IMG/VR virus record: IMGVR_UViG_3300022752_000055 | Span: 1 to 64,000 of that record | Length of the DNA: 64,000 nucleotides | Source: a virus | Reading direction: 5' to 3' (one strand) | In this document: positions 30,709-39,474 of the stretch, in pieces | Layout: each line of letters opens with the position of its first letter | How positions within the stretch are numbered: the first letter of the stretch is position 1 | Program-made: the position numbers and the translations under genes | Notes under the pieces: model-generated | Seen by the model: only the letters and a program-made list of their open reading frames with translations | What the model was told of the DNA's origin: nothing | Database searches by the model: none

Positions 30709-31965
30709 TTAATTCCCAAAAAAATCTTCTTTAAAAGATTTTGGATACTTACTTTTTCCTGGTGTAAAATAATACCAAGTATCTTTACTTGATTTAAAAA
30801 CTGATAATCCGTAAAGTCCATTATACAATAATGCTGAGGTTTTGGCTAAGTTTTCACTTGATTTTACTTGAATCGGAATCCAAGTATAATTACCATCTTT
30901 ATCCGATAATTTAACAATATAATCTATCCCAAAAATCATATCTACTTGATTACCTGGAGTTGAAAAATTTATAATATGATTATTACTTATATTGTTTTTA
31001 GTTAAGTATTCAATAAATTCTCTTTCTGCTTTATTACCCTTATTTGTTGAATAAGAAATACTATTTCTTGACTCGTAATAGTTATATTTTCCATCCTTAA
31101 ATAATTCATATTCTGCAAAACTAATAGTTGGTATTTTTACGTTTTTAATTGATTTAATTAACTTTAAATCCTCATCATTTGTTATAACTTGTTCTATTGG
31201 TTGTTGTTTAAAAAAAATTTCCGATTTTTCAAATTTGTCACCATTTCCTAATTTATTATTTTCATTTAATTTGTCTATCCATTTACACCAATTTGTATAA
31301 TTGGTATCAATTTTTGGTAACTCCGTCCAACTTTTATCGTCTTTTTTTACAATTGATGTAAAATATTCGGGTTCGTAATTTAATTTTTTATTGAAAAATT
31401 CTATCCATTCTTTAAGTGTTTTTGTTTCATCTAGTTTTTTTATTGAAACTAAATATTGTAATTTATCTGATAAAAAGATTTCTAAATCTACCAATGAATC
31501 TATATTTTCTTTAATCCATTTTTCATTAGGGGTATTAAATTCATAATCTCCTAATGAATATAGATATTTTTTATCTGTATTTTTTATATTAAGATATGTT
31601 TTTTCACCTTCTCCAATTATTAAAGACTTTAATTTTTTATTAGCATCCGTCCAATTATTTTCTAGAGTGCCCTTTATTTCTTGACAAAAAGTTTTTTCTT
31701 TTACTTTTGGTGTTTCAGGTATTTTTGACACCTCAACCGGAGATTCTTTTTCTTGTGTTAAAATATTTTTTGCTAAAGATAATTGTTCCGGAGATAACCC
31801 ACCGGCAACTCTTAAAATTTGTTGTAATTTTAATATATCTTTATTATTTCCTTGATAAGTGATTATGTCACTTTGAATTGAATAGTCATCTTTATTATCT
31901 TCCATAATGGTTCTTTTCACCAAAGATACTAACTCAGATTCAGTTAACCTAATAATTTTTTTCAT
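30709..31965 (-). CDS. leader-bearing protein with a C-terminal PD-(D/E)XK nuclease-like domain
   Basis: Class A leader; GNKAERE...DMIFGIDYIV...IPIQVKS. Confidence 0.6.
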   Translation of the reverse strand: MKKIIRLTESELVSLVKRTIMEDNKDDYSIQSDIITYQGNNKDILKLQQILRVAGGLSPEQLSLAKNILTQEKESPVEVSKIPETPKVKEKTFCQEIKGTLENNWTDANKKLKSLIIGEGEKTYLNIKNTDKKYLYSLGDYEFNTPNEKWIKENIDSLVDLEIFLSDKLQYLVSIKKLDETKTLKEWIEFFNKKLNYEPEYFTSIVKKDDKSWTELPKIDTNYTNWCKWIDKLNENNKLGNGDKFEKSEIFFKQQPIEQVITNDEDLKLIKSIKNVKIPTISFAEYELFKDGKYNYYESRNSISYSTNKGNKAEREFIEYLTKNNISNNHIINFSTPGNQVDMIFGIDYIVKLSDKDGNYTWIPIQVKSSENLAKTSALLYNGLYGLSVFKSSKDTWYYFTPGKSKYPKSFKEDFFGN

Positions 31966-32027
31966 ATTTCTATAAATACCATGTAAAAATAAAAAACCCC
32001 ACTCTTTTGGGAATGGGATTTATTTTG

Positions 32028-32102
32028 TGGTAGGACCAAGAATCGAACTTGGGGCACACGACATCTCTGCACGCTGCTCTAACCCACTGAGCTATCACTA
32101 CC
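32028..32102 (-). tRNA. tRNA-like RNA or pseudo-tRNA with an aberrant anticodon arm
   Basis: Intact D arm (GCTC/GAGC) and T arm (CCAAG-TTCGATT-CTTGG); bulged acceptor stem; no canonical anticodon stem or U33. Confidence 0.6.
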
Positions 32103-32106
32103 ATTT

Positions 32107-32397
32107 TTAATTTAACTTAATTCCGTCAATGTATTTTTTAATTGTTCTTCTAAGAGTTGGTTCATCAATATCATTCCATTTTCCATCTTCCAAATTGAAA
32201 ATTTTATTAACCATAAGTTTTTTATTTCCGGTTAATATTTTTCTTTTATCGTCAATTGTAATGAAATGAACTATGTTATCTAATATTTTTTGAGAATCAA
32301 CAGGATATGCTCTTATAAGATGTCTTAAAAATTCATCTGAAGTATTATCTTGATATTTTGATAAAATTTGTTTTTTTTCTTCTTCGCTGATATACAT
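32107..32397 (-). CDS. leader-bearing hypothetical protein (class D)
   Basis: MYISEEEKKQILSKY. Confidence 0.7.
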   Translation of the reverse strand: MYISEEEKKQILSKYQDNTSDEFLRHLIRAYPVDSQKILDNIVHFITIDDKRKILTGNKKLMVNKIFNLEDGKWNDIDEPTLRRTIKKYIDGIKLN

Positions 32398-32433
32398 AAT
32401 CATAAATATAGTATTTATTTTAAAATAATCAAA

Positions 32434-32556
32434 ATGGCAAAAGGTTCTAATGACTCAAGAAAATTAACTTTCGGAAAAAGAAAAAAAGGTAATGCTAAAA
32501 AATCTTTTAACAAACACAATCCAAGACCAAAAAAATACGTGGGACAAGGACGTTAA
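32434..32556 (+). CDS. small basic protein
   Basis: MAKGSNDSRKLTFGKRKKG...KKYVGQGR; TATTTAT upstream. Confidence 0.7.
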   Translation: MAKGSNDSRKLTFGKRKKGNAKKSFNKHNPRPKKYVGQGR

Positions 32557-32593
32557 TGATGGATAATCTTTAATATTATTCTTATATTTTACG

Positions 32594-32878
32594 ATGGAAC
32601 CGAAAAAAAGACTTTTTCGACTAATAGAGGTATATCTTAACGAGTATAGAAAAAATGCCGTTGAGGAAATTTATGGTAAGGGGACGAAAATTAAAATACA
32701 CACAATTAATCACAGCGTTTCAACTAAATCATTACTTATTGAAGCCGTAATTTATCTCGGAGATATAATAACTGAAGAAGTTATGGATAGAGAACTTGCG
32801 GATGTTATAATACGAGAGGCTCTCGATTATTTTTATCCGGAATGTTCCATTAAAACCATGATTAGGTGGGACACTTAA
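32594..32878 (+). CDS. hypothetical protein
   Basis: 94-aa ORF. Confidence 0.7.
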   Translation: MEPKKRLFRLIEVYLNEYRKNAVEEIYGKGTKIKIHTINHSVSTKSLLIEAVIYLGDIITEEVMDRELADVIIREALDYFYPECSIKTMIRWDT

Positions 32879-33177
32879 TCATTAGTTTTCAATCTATGTA
32901 ATTCTGAGTTTTCTTTTTGTAGGAATTCAACTTTAACTGCAAGTGCTGCGACCTGTTCTGTTAACTTTAAAATGGTACTACGCATCTCATCTTTTTCTTT
33001 GCTACTTTGAAGTAACATCGCCTCCAATTTTGCAATTCTTTCTCTGCATTCATCACGAAGATATCCTTCGTCACTTTCTTTTCTTTGTGCTCTCTTTTCA
33101 TAGAATCTCCAAGCTGAAGACGAACCCAATACAGTTATTGCGGTTACAAGGACAGTCCAAATTGTTTCTTGAGTCAT
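32875..33177 (-). CDS. membrane-anchored coiled-coil protein
   Basis: N-terminal TM segment then a long coiled coil. Confidence 0.7.
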   Translation of the reverse strand: MTQETIWTVLVTAITVLGSSSAWRFYEKRAQRKESDEGYLRDECRERIAKLEAMLLQSSKEKDEMRSTILKLTEQVAALAVKVEFLQKENSELHRLKTND

Positions 33178-33225
33178 AGGCCATTGGTATATTACAATTA
33201 ATAAATATAAGAAAATTATTAAAAA

Positions 33226-33720
33226 TTAATCTCCTTTAATAATTGATAAAGAATGTTTTAAGAATTCTTTGGCTCTGGGTTCAATATGGCTAAAAGACAT
33301 TACTTTTTCTATGTCCGAAACCAATTCTTCCCCATGTTCGTTCTCTTTGTATAGTTCAATTATCTTATCCATCGCTCTATTACACTCCTTAGTTTGTTCC
33401 TCAAAATAGTTATAAGGCTTATAAGCTTTTAATGTATTCATAACATTATTTGCCAAATGAACCCCACCATCGTTAACATTTTCTAAATTATGATATGACC
33501 TAAGAGTCTCTAACGCATCAACCAAACCTCTAACACCATTTTTTCTAATTTTAATGTTTTCAACGTAGTCTTCATACTCATCTTCACCCATAACATCATC
33601 TAAGGATTTGGTATTTCCCTTATGACAAAACCTCATTTCTTCGGAGGTTTTTTGTTCGAAGAAATAATTTTTTCTTATTTCTTTTTTTTCTTCTTCTGTG
33701 ATTGTAAATCTTTTATTCAT
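33226..33720 (-). CDS. leader-bearing hypothetical protein (class D)
   Basis: MNKRFTITEEEKKEIRKNY. Confidence 0.75.
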   Translation of the reverse strand: MNKRFTITEEEKKEIRKNYFFEQKTSEEMRFCHKGNTKSLDDVMGEDEYEDYVENIKIRKNGVRGLVDALETLRSYHNLENVNDGGVHLANNVMNTLKAYKPYNYFEEQTKECNRAMDKIIELYKENEHGEELVSDIEKVMSFSHIEPRAKEFLKHSLSIIKGD

Positions 33721-33749
33721 AATTAATAAATACTTTAAAAATGAGAAAA

Positions 33750-33944
33750 TTATCTGTATAACCTTTCAGTTAATCCATAAACAAATTCCATTTCTTTTTT
33801 TATTGTTTGAATTTTTCTTTCATCTTCTTCAGATACGTTAATATTCTGTGCTTGAATCAATCTAATCTCTTCTTGTAATCTTTGATACTTGAAAAGTAAT
33901 TTATTGTAAGTGTCCGCTTTTTGTTCGTTAGTTAAATTTTGCAT
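33750..33944 (-). CDS. small coiled-coil protein
   Basis: 64-aa ORF. Confidence 0.65.
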   Translation of the reverse strand: MQNLTNEQKADTYNKLLFKYQRLQEEIRLIQAQNINVSEEDERKIQTIKKEMEFVYGLTERLYR

Positions 33945-33984
33945 TTTTTATTTTTAATGTAATTTAGTTTTAAATGATTGTAAA

Positions 33985-34254
33985 TTAAGAATTGTATTTT
34001 ATTTTTTCATAAGCATCGTTTAGATAATCAATTGCCTTATGTATTTTTTGCCTATTTGTAGTTGAAACCTTTTTCCCGGTTTCAAACATATTTAACAATT
34101 CCTTTAATTTTAATACTATCTCCTCTGTTGAAGTTTCAATATCTTTGTTATATTGTCCTGATGGTTGGTTTGGGGTTGAGGTATATAATTCCAAATCCAT
34201 TGCGGTTTCAATAATTTTTATTAAATTTGATTCTGTTATTTTTATCTTTCGCAT
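33985..34254 (-). CDS. leader-bearing hypothetical protein
   Basis: MRKIKITESNLIKIIE. Confidence 0.7.
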   Translation of the reverse strand: MRKIKITESNLIKIIETAMDLELYTSTPNQPSGQYNKDIETSTEEIVLKLKELLNMFETGKKVSTTNRQKIHKAIDYLNDAYEKIKYNS

Positions 34255-34270
34255 TATCTATAATAATATT

Positions 34271-35005
34271 TTATGCCAACATTTCTGATGCATTTTTTAT
34301 TTTTCCCGGTCTAATTGTTCTCATAGCGTAAACCATATTGTCTAATTCTTCGGGATTAGTAATTCCCATACTAACAGAATCATTAACTTTTTTTGCAAAC
34401 TTTTTAAAATATCCAGGTCCATTCCAACTTGCATACGCAAAATTAAATAATAATTTAGGGTTGTTTTCAACAATACTTCTTGCCTCTTTTGATAAGAAAT
34501 TTTCAGCATTTTTCTTGTATTGTTCTTTCATAATTTTGCTAACAGAACTAATTAATTTATCTTTTAATTCTCCGCCAGTATAGTTATACGGCCATCTTCC
34601 ATTTTTTTGTGCGTTATCTATCATCGACCAAAACTCGGAACCACTATCTGATGTGTTAATTGTTCCCCCATGTTTTCTATCTATTCCAAACATGGTCTCA
34701 CCGCTTTTACCCATGGCGGTAAAACTTGAAGGAGACATATTTTTTCCTGATGTGCTTTTTGCTCCCGTAATTTTAAATTCGGGATGATAATACCCACCTT
34801 CCAAATTATTAATAATTGTTTTTGTAATTTCTTTAAATTTATCATCAACAATAGACCCGGTAACTTTTTTAGAAGATGTGGGTTCTACTGACTTTAATAA
34901 ATCTTTATCAACTAGTTTGTCCGAGAAATCACCTGAAAAGGCTCCCATCAATCCTTTTAATAAATCTTCAAGTTGGTCTTCACTTATTATTACGTTTTTT
35001 TTCAT
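34271..35005 (-). CDS. leader-bearing GH108-like lysozyme
   Basis: MKKNVIISEDQL leader; LEGGY...GETMFGI catalytic motif. Confidence 0.7.
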   Translation of the reverse strand: MKKNVIISEDQLEDLLKGLMGAFSGDFSDKLVDKDLLKSVEPTSSKKVTGSIVDDKFKEITKTIINNLEGGYYHPEFKITGAKSTSGKNMSPSSFTAMGKSGETMFGIDRKHGGTINTSDSGSEFWSMIDNAQKNGRWPYNYTGGELKDKLISSVSKIMKEQYKKNAENFLSKEARSIVENNPKLLFNFAYASWNGPGYFKKFAKKVNDSVSMGITNPEELDNMVYAMRTIRPGKIKNASEMLA

Positions 35006-35082
35006 ATACTTTGTTATTTTTTGATTGTCTCAATAATATAAATATAACACTAACCAAACATATTTATATAAAAAGAAAAACT

Positions 35083-36147
35083 ATTTCATCTGCAATTAAA
35101 ATATTATCATTAGAGGGTGTTCCACCATTTCAGGTTTATTCCTGTGATTACGCTTTAAATAATTGTCAACTTGTTGCAACATTAGAGAATCCGGTTCAAG
35201 CAATAAACGACATTATACTACCAAATCTTTTTGATAATTCACCAAACATAATTGTTAAAATTATTTCCTTTGATGGGTGTGAGACATTCACATTATTAAA
35301 TTGTGAGAATTTCCCAACACCAATGACAATGATTGTTGAGAGTCCTGATTCGTCAAATACCATATTTGAATTACCGTTAGTTAATGATGGTGTTTATGAT
35401 TTTGATGTTGATTGGGGTGATGGTACATCACAAAGAATCACTCAATGGGACGATGCAAATAAAGTTCATAATTATCCTGATAATGGTGAATATGAAATAA
35501 AAATATATATTAAAGAATTTACTGGTTGGAATTTTGCATACGCCGGGGTTCCTCAGGAGACAAAAAATAATCTAAAAAGTATTACAATAATTCCAAGTTT
35601 AGTTTTTACTGACATGGTAACCGCATTCACCAATTGTGAAAATTTGATTAGTTTTAATGGTACTCCAACATTTAGTGGTTCTACAGACTTAACCGATTTT
35701 TTCGCCAATTGTTACAGTTTAGAATCTGTTAATGGTATTTGGGATTTTAGTGGGGTTGAGAGTATTTCCTCATTCTTTTTTAATTGTAATTCCTTAACCG
35801 GAGGAACAATTAACGAATGGGGGTTGACAATGAATAATGTAAAATATGCATATAGTGTATTCGAAAATTGTTATTCATTTAATGGTGAATTAGATAAATG
35901 GAACATGAGTGGTGTGATATCAATGGGTACCATGTTTACCAATGCAGTATCATTTAATCAAGATATTGGAGGTTGGAATGTATCGGGAGTTACTGAAATG
36001 GATAGTATGTTCTACAATGCAACTTCATTTAATCAAGACCTAAGCGGTTGGTGCGTTACAAACATACCAACCGCTCCAGTAGATTTTGATGGTGAGGCAT
36101 TACTTTGGGTATTACCTAGACCGGTATGGGGAACATGCCCCACATAA
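35083..36147 (+). CDS. PKD plus BspA/DUF285 leucine-rich-repeat protein (start codon uncertain, possibly ATT)
   Basis: VDWGDG; FNQDIGGWNVSGVT and FNQDLSGWCV repeats; no ATG near the upstream TATTTATA motif. Confidence 0.75.
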   Translation: MSSAIKILSLEGVPPFQVYSCDYALNNCQLVATLENPVQAINDIILPNLFDNSPNIIVKIISFDGCETFTLLNCENFPTPMTMIVESPDSSNTIFELPLVNDGVYDFDVDWGDGTSQRITQWDDANKVHNYPDNGEYEIKIYIKEFTGWNFAYAGVPQETKNNLKSITIIPSLVFTDMVTAFTNCENLISFNGTPTFSGSTDLTDFFANCYSLESVNGIWDFSGVESISSFFFNCNSLTGGTINEWGLTMNNVKYAYSVFENCYSFNGELDKWNMSGVISMGTMFTNAVSFNQDIGGWNVSGVTEMDSMFYNATSFNQDLSGWCVTNIPTAPVDFDGEALLWVLPRPVWGTCPT

Positions 36148-36531
36148 TTATTTAACTCTAGTTTTCAAATATTTTTCTAAGGGCATATCTGAGGGTTTGA
36201 TAGGGCTCCATTCTTTCTCACTATCTTTATCCCATCTTGTACCGGCACCAATACCAAAATCACTTTGTCTATTATTTCTTGTATGTGATTTTAATTTCAT
36301 TTTATTTTGAAATTCATCATCATCGTTGTACTTGTCTTCAATATCAAAATCAAAGTCTTTAATATAATTGATATCATCATTATCATCATCATTATCATCA
36401 TCAAATAACGATGGTTCATCTTCAAGTGGAGTATCAAATCCTTCAAACTCTATATCTTCATTATTTTCTTTAACTATTCTATTTACCAATCTAATTAATT
36501 CGGTTTCAGTTAATCTTATTATTTTACTCAT
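36148..36531 (-). CDS. leader-bearing acidic protein (class A)
   Basis: MSKIIRLTETELIRLVNRIVKE. Confidence 0.75.
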   Translation of the reverse strand: MSKIIRLTETELIRLVNRIVKENNEDIEFEGFDTPLEDEPSLFDDDNDDDNDDINYIKDFDFDIEDKYNDDDEFQNKMKLKSHTRNNRQSDFGIGAGTRWDKDSEKEWSPIKPSDMPLEKYLKTRVK

Positions 36532-36566
36532 AATTTTTTATTTATTAATAAATATCATTAATAACG

Positions 36567-36680
36567 TTATTTATGAGTTAAAATTTCATATATAACTTGA
36601 ATGGTTATACCAAATAATACGGACGCAACCGCAAATATTACAAAATATATCAATCCAATATCCCAATTATTTTTTTTCAT
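36567..36680 (-). CDS. small membrane peptide
   Basis: MKKNNWDIGLIYFVIFAVASVLFGITIQVIYEILTHK. Confidence 0.5.
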   Translation of the reverse strand: MKKNNWDIGLIYFVIFAVASVLFGITIQVIYEILTHK

Positions 36681-36694
36681 TTTTATTAAATTTT

Positions 36695-37279
36695 TTATTT
36701 TATCACGAAAAATGATGTAGGTGTCACTTCCCCCAAGTTTATTTGCTCTTGTATCCAATCAAAAGAGGCACTTACAACTTGACGAGGTGTTATTTCCTCC
36801 GATTTTAATTGTTCTTCCACCACTTTTAGATGATAAGTACTTAAAGTCACATTAGGTTTTATTTCCACATATTTTACCGAGTCTAACTTTCTCCAACTAG
36901 ATGGTGGTGCTATGGCACATCTTGGTGTTACTTCCTCCTTTTCTAAATCACGCCAAATTTGTGTTGGTATTGACTCTTTTGGTGTTATTTCCTCCCGATT
37001 TAATCTTAGCTCCGCCAATTGGCAAATGAGATTCACATCTTTAACGGGTTTTATTTCCACCGATTTTAATTCTTCTTGCACCCTCATCAATTGATTTGTA
37101 ATACTGGTATGTGGTATAACTTCCTCTGATTTTAATTGTTTTTCCATAAATGGAAGGTAGTTTCTTCCAGCGTCCAAAGGTGTAACTTCCTCCGATTTTA
37201 ATTCTTCTTCCACAACCACAAATGAAAGTGGTTTATCCCATTTAGGTGTCACTTCCCCCGATTTTATTTGTTGTTCCAT
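36695..37279 (-). CDS. ORF made entirely of the repeat-spacer array, in frame with 37280-37579
   Basis: Nine units of the form (M/V)E(Q/E)(Q/E)(I/L)KSxE(V/I)TP plus ~10 variable residues; translation not demonstrated. Confidence 0.5.
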   Translation of the reverse strand: MEQQIKSGEVTPKWDKPLSFVVVEEELKSEEVTPLDAGRNYLPFMEKQLKSEEVIPHTSITNQLMRVQEELKSVEIKPVKDVNLICQLAELRLNREEITPKESIPTQIWRDLEKEEVTPRCAIAPPSSWRKLDSVKYVEIKPNVTLSTYHLKVVEEQLKSEEITPRQVVSASFDWIQEQINLGEVTPTSFFVIK

Positions 37280-37346
37280 CTATGAGTCTGAAGTGAAACC
37301 ATTAGCAATAGGTGTCACTTCCCCCGATTTTATTTGTTGTTCCATC
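36720..37346. repeat. CRISPR-like array: 10 degenerate ~36-nt repeats with ~30-nt unique spacers, in coding frame
   Basis: Repeat GGTGTCACTTCCCCCGATTTTATTTGTTGTTCCATC and variants start at 36720, 36786, 36855, 36924, 36981, 37047, 37113, 37179, 37245 and 37311. Confidence 0.9.
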
Positions 37347-37579
37347 CATTCTTTTATAAGTTGTTGGGTTTCTTCGTAATCATAGGAAAACATATCGGAG
37401 ATGTCAGTCCAAACTGAATATAAAACCCATAATGTTCCGGACTTTTCCAATTCTAATATTACCTTATCATTCTTTTTAAAAAAAATAGAGTCAGGATAAA
37501 ATTTTGATTTAACCGAATACATATTTTCAAACAAATAATTCAAAAACTTAAACTCACTTTTTCTTATTTTATCTTTCAT
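37280..37579 (-). CDS. hypothetical protein whose C-terminus is the first array repeat plus the first spacer
   Basis: Paralog of 55400-55732 (FK[FY]L.YLFE.M...IF.KKND...W.DIS.MFS.DY.ETQ.L..EW); ends in TAG. Confidence 0.8.
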   Translation of the reverse strand: MKDKIRKSEFKFLNYLFENMYSVKSKFYPDSIFFKKNDKVILELEKSGTLWVLYSVWTDISDMFSYDYEETQQLIKEWMEQQIKSGEVTPIANGFTSDS

Positions 37580-37745
37580 TTTTTTTAATTAACGAATACA
37601 AATATAATAATAAATCCCATAACAATCAAAATAATATTACATTATGTTTAACCATTCTATTAAAGGTTCCGCGCTGATAGTATCTTCCGTCATTATAATT
37701 ACCATTATCTTTCAACCACCTTAAAACACTATTTAACTTCTTCAT
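37569..37745 (-). CDS. small membrane protein (not in the ORF track)
   Basis: MKKLNSVLRWLKDNG...VIILIVMGFIIYLYSLIKKNER; overlaps both neighbours. Confidence 0.5.
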
Positions 37746-38307
37746 CTTTTTTTATTTTTAAATCACCCAAACTACTATTAGCAAGTTGGTCATCAAAATC
37801 CTTATACCCAAGAGATTGTGCGTATTCGTCATTCTTCTTTTTATAGAACTCCCTTTTGGTTTCGTTATCATTTAACTTATCTTCCGGTATTCCAAGTTCT
37901 TCAGCAACCGCCGCACGACATTGAGCCATAGTTCCCATCTCTATATTGATTGGTAAATCAGTTTCTATATTCTCTATGAACTGCTCAAATTGGTTTGCGG
38001 CTTCAAATGGCATACAATACACACCCTCATCTACCTGATAACCACTATCGTTCTGTCTATCGAATATCTCAACCCTACCCATTCTATATCTTTCTCCAAG
38101 CAAACTATACACACCATACCCTACGGTAGAATAATAATACCTACCTGAACGATTACTCTCATCCATATTAACACAACCCGGGTTTACTTCCATATAACCG
38201 GCAAGTTCGTTAGCCAAATACTCATTGGTGAGTTCTATACCATCCCTTTCAGCTTTGCGAGTGATGTTCTCTAAAAACCATTTTATATCTTGTCTTTTAA
38301 CTTTCAT
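37729..38307 (-). CDS. hypothetical protein
   Basis: 192-aa ORF; TATATTTG promoter at 38312-38319. Confidence 0.8.
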   Translation of the reverse strand: MKVKRQDIKWFLENITRKAERDGIELTNEYLANELAGYMEVNPGCVNMDESNRSGRYYYSTVGYGVYSLLGERYRMGRVEIFDRQNDSGYQVDEGVYCMPFEAANQFEQFIENIETDLPINIEMGTMAQCRAAVAEELGIPEDKLNDNETKREFYKKKNDEYAQSLGYKDFDDQLANSSLGDLKIKKDEEVK

Positions 38308-38464
38308 AGGGCAAATATAATACTATTTTTTGGATTTTGGAAATAATTTTAAAAGAATAAACATAATCCCAAATGGTATTAAACAACTTATAACGATACC
38401 AAGTAAACCTAATAATAAATTTTTCACATATAATATATAGTTATTTTTATTATATTTATAAAGT

Positions 38465-38806
38465 ATGAAATACCTCATTAACGAAAGTAAATTGGTAAAA
38501 TTGATTGGGAAATATATAGAGGCAAGATATCCTGAATTAATGAGGCTTGAATCTAGAAAAGTGTTCCATCAAGGAACCGGACATTACGGAAATATATTTT
38601 TTGACCCATCTCAAAGAAGTAATGTTTTTATGTATTGGTTTTATAATCCATATGATGTTAATTCCACTGAATTATTTCCCGAACTACAATTAAACGGAGA
38701 AATATTTAACGATATTGAAGAGACATTTGGTGAGGAAAATATGGGATATGTCCTTGATTGGTTTAATAAAACTTTTGGATTGGAAGCACAGAGTATAACA
38801 TTTTAA
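38465..38806 (+). CDS. leader-bearing hypothetical protein (class B)
   Basis: MKYLINESKL. Confidence 0.75.
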   Translation: MKYLINESKLVKLIGKYIEARYPELMRLESRKVFHQGTGHYGNIFFDPSQRSNVFMYWFYNPYDVNSTELFPELQLNGEIFNDIEETFGEENMGYVLDWFNKTFGLEAQSITF

Positions 38807-38808
38807 TT

Positions 38809-39174
38809 ATGAATGAAGAACAAAAAACTAAATTTAAGAAATTAGTTCAAAAACTTACCAATGAAGTTTTAGTTGAAATGAAAGAACATTTTGAAAATAC
38901 TGATGTTCCAGCACCTTGGATGCATGATTCTCTTGATGAGGATGAAGTTAATGCAATTAAAAAAATAATTATTTTAGATGTTTGGGAAAGTAGATTAACC
39001 GATTATTACAAGTTTGAAGTAAAAGTCATTCTTGATGGTAAAAAAATTACTCGTATGTTTGACCCTGTAGATACACTTGACTCTATAGATTACAGGTTGC
39101 TAGAAATTACAGGATTAAAAATTTACTTATATAGCGAAGAGGTTGAATCCGAAGATTTTAACCCTCAATTCTAA
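38809..39174 (+). CDS. hypothetical protein
   Basis: 121-aa ORF. Confidence 0.7.
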   Translation: MNEEQKTKFKKLVQKLTNEVLVEMKEHFENTDVPAPWMHDSLDEDEVNAIKKIIILDVWESRLTDYYKFEVKVILDGKKITRMFDPVDTLDSIDYRLLEITGLKIYLYSEEVESEDFNPQF

Positions 39175-39474
39175 TTAAACAATACCCGCAACTGATACTG
39201 TTCTTATTGGATTTTCCCCATCTATTTGACTATGAAAATACTTTTTCGCTGCTGGTTTTATATACTTCATCGCATCCCAAGGTAAGATGTCTCTACAAGT
39301 ATCAATAATGCTTGTATCTATATAAAGTTCCTTATGATTTTTAACATAACAGAATATAATTTTTTCGTCCTTATCTTGAATATTAATTTGAGTGTCTGAC
39401 TCATTATAAGAATCCGCAAAACCCTCAAATATTTTTTCAATAATCCTTATATAATGTTTCTCGTCTTTATCCAT
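39175..39474 (-). CDS. hypothetical protein
   Basis: 99-aa ORF. Confidence 0.7.
   Translation of the reverse strand: MDKDEKHYIRIIEKIFEGFADSYNESDTQINIQDKDEKIIFCYVKNHKELYIDTSIIDTCRDILPWDAMKYIKPAAKKYFHSQIDGENPIRTVSVAGIV

Noticed and set aside
37280-37282. Genome-wide TAG recoding (alternative genetic code)
   Set aside because: Long genes are uninterrupted under code 11, TAG ends other plausible genes (46426, 52783), and no suppressor tRNA is seen.
36720-37346. Calling the array a canonical functional CRISPR locus
   Set aside because: No cas genes or non-coding AT-rich leader are present, repeats are heavily degenerate, and all indels keep frame. It is kept as CRISPR-like only.
36695-37579. 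Diversity-generating retroelement or shufflon
   Set aside because: There is no reverse transcriptase, no TR/VR pair differing at adenines, no inverted repeats and no recombinase in the window.
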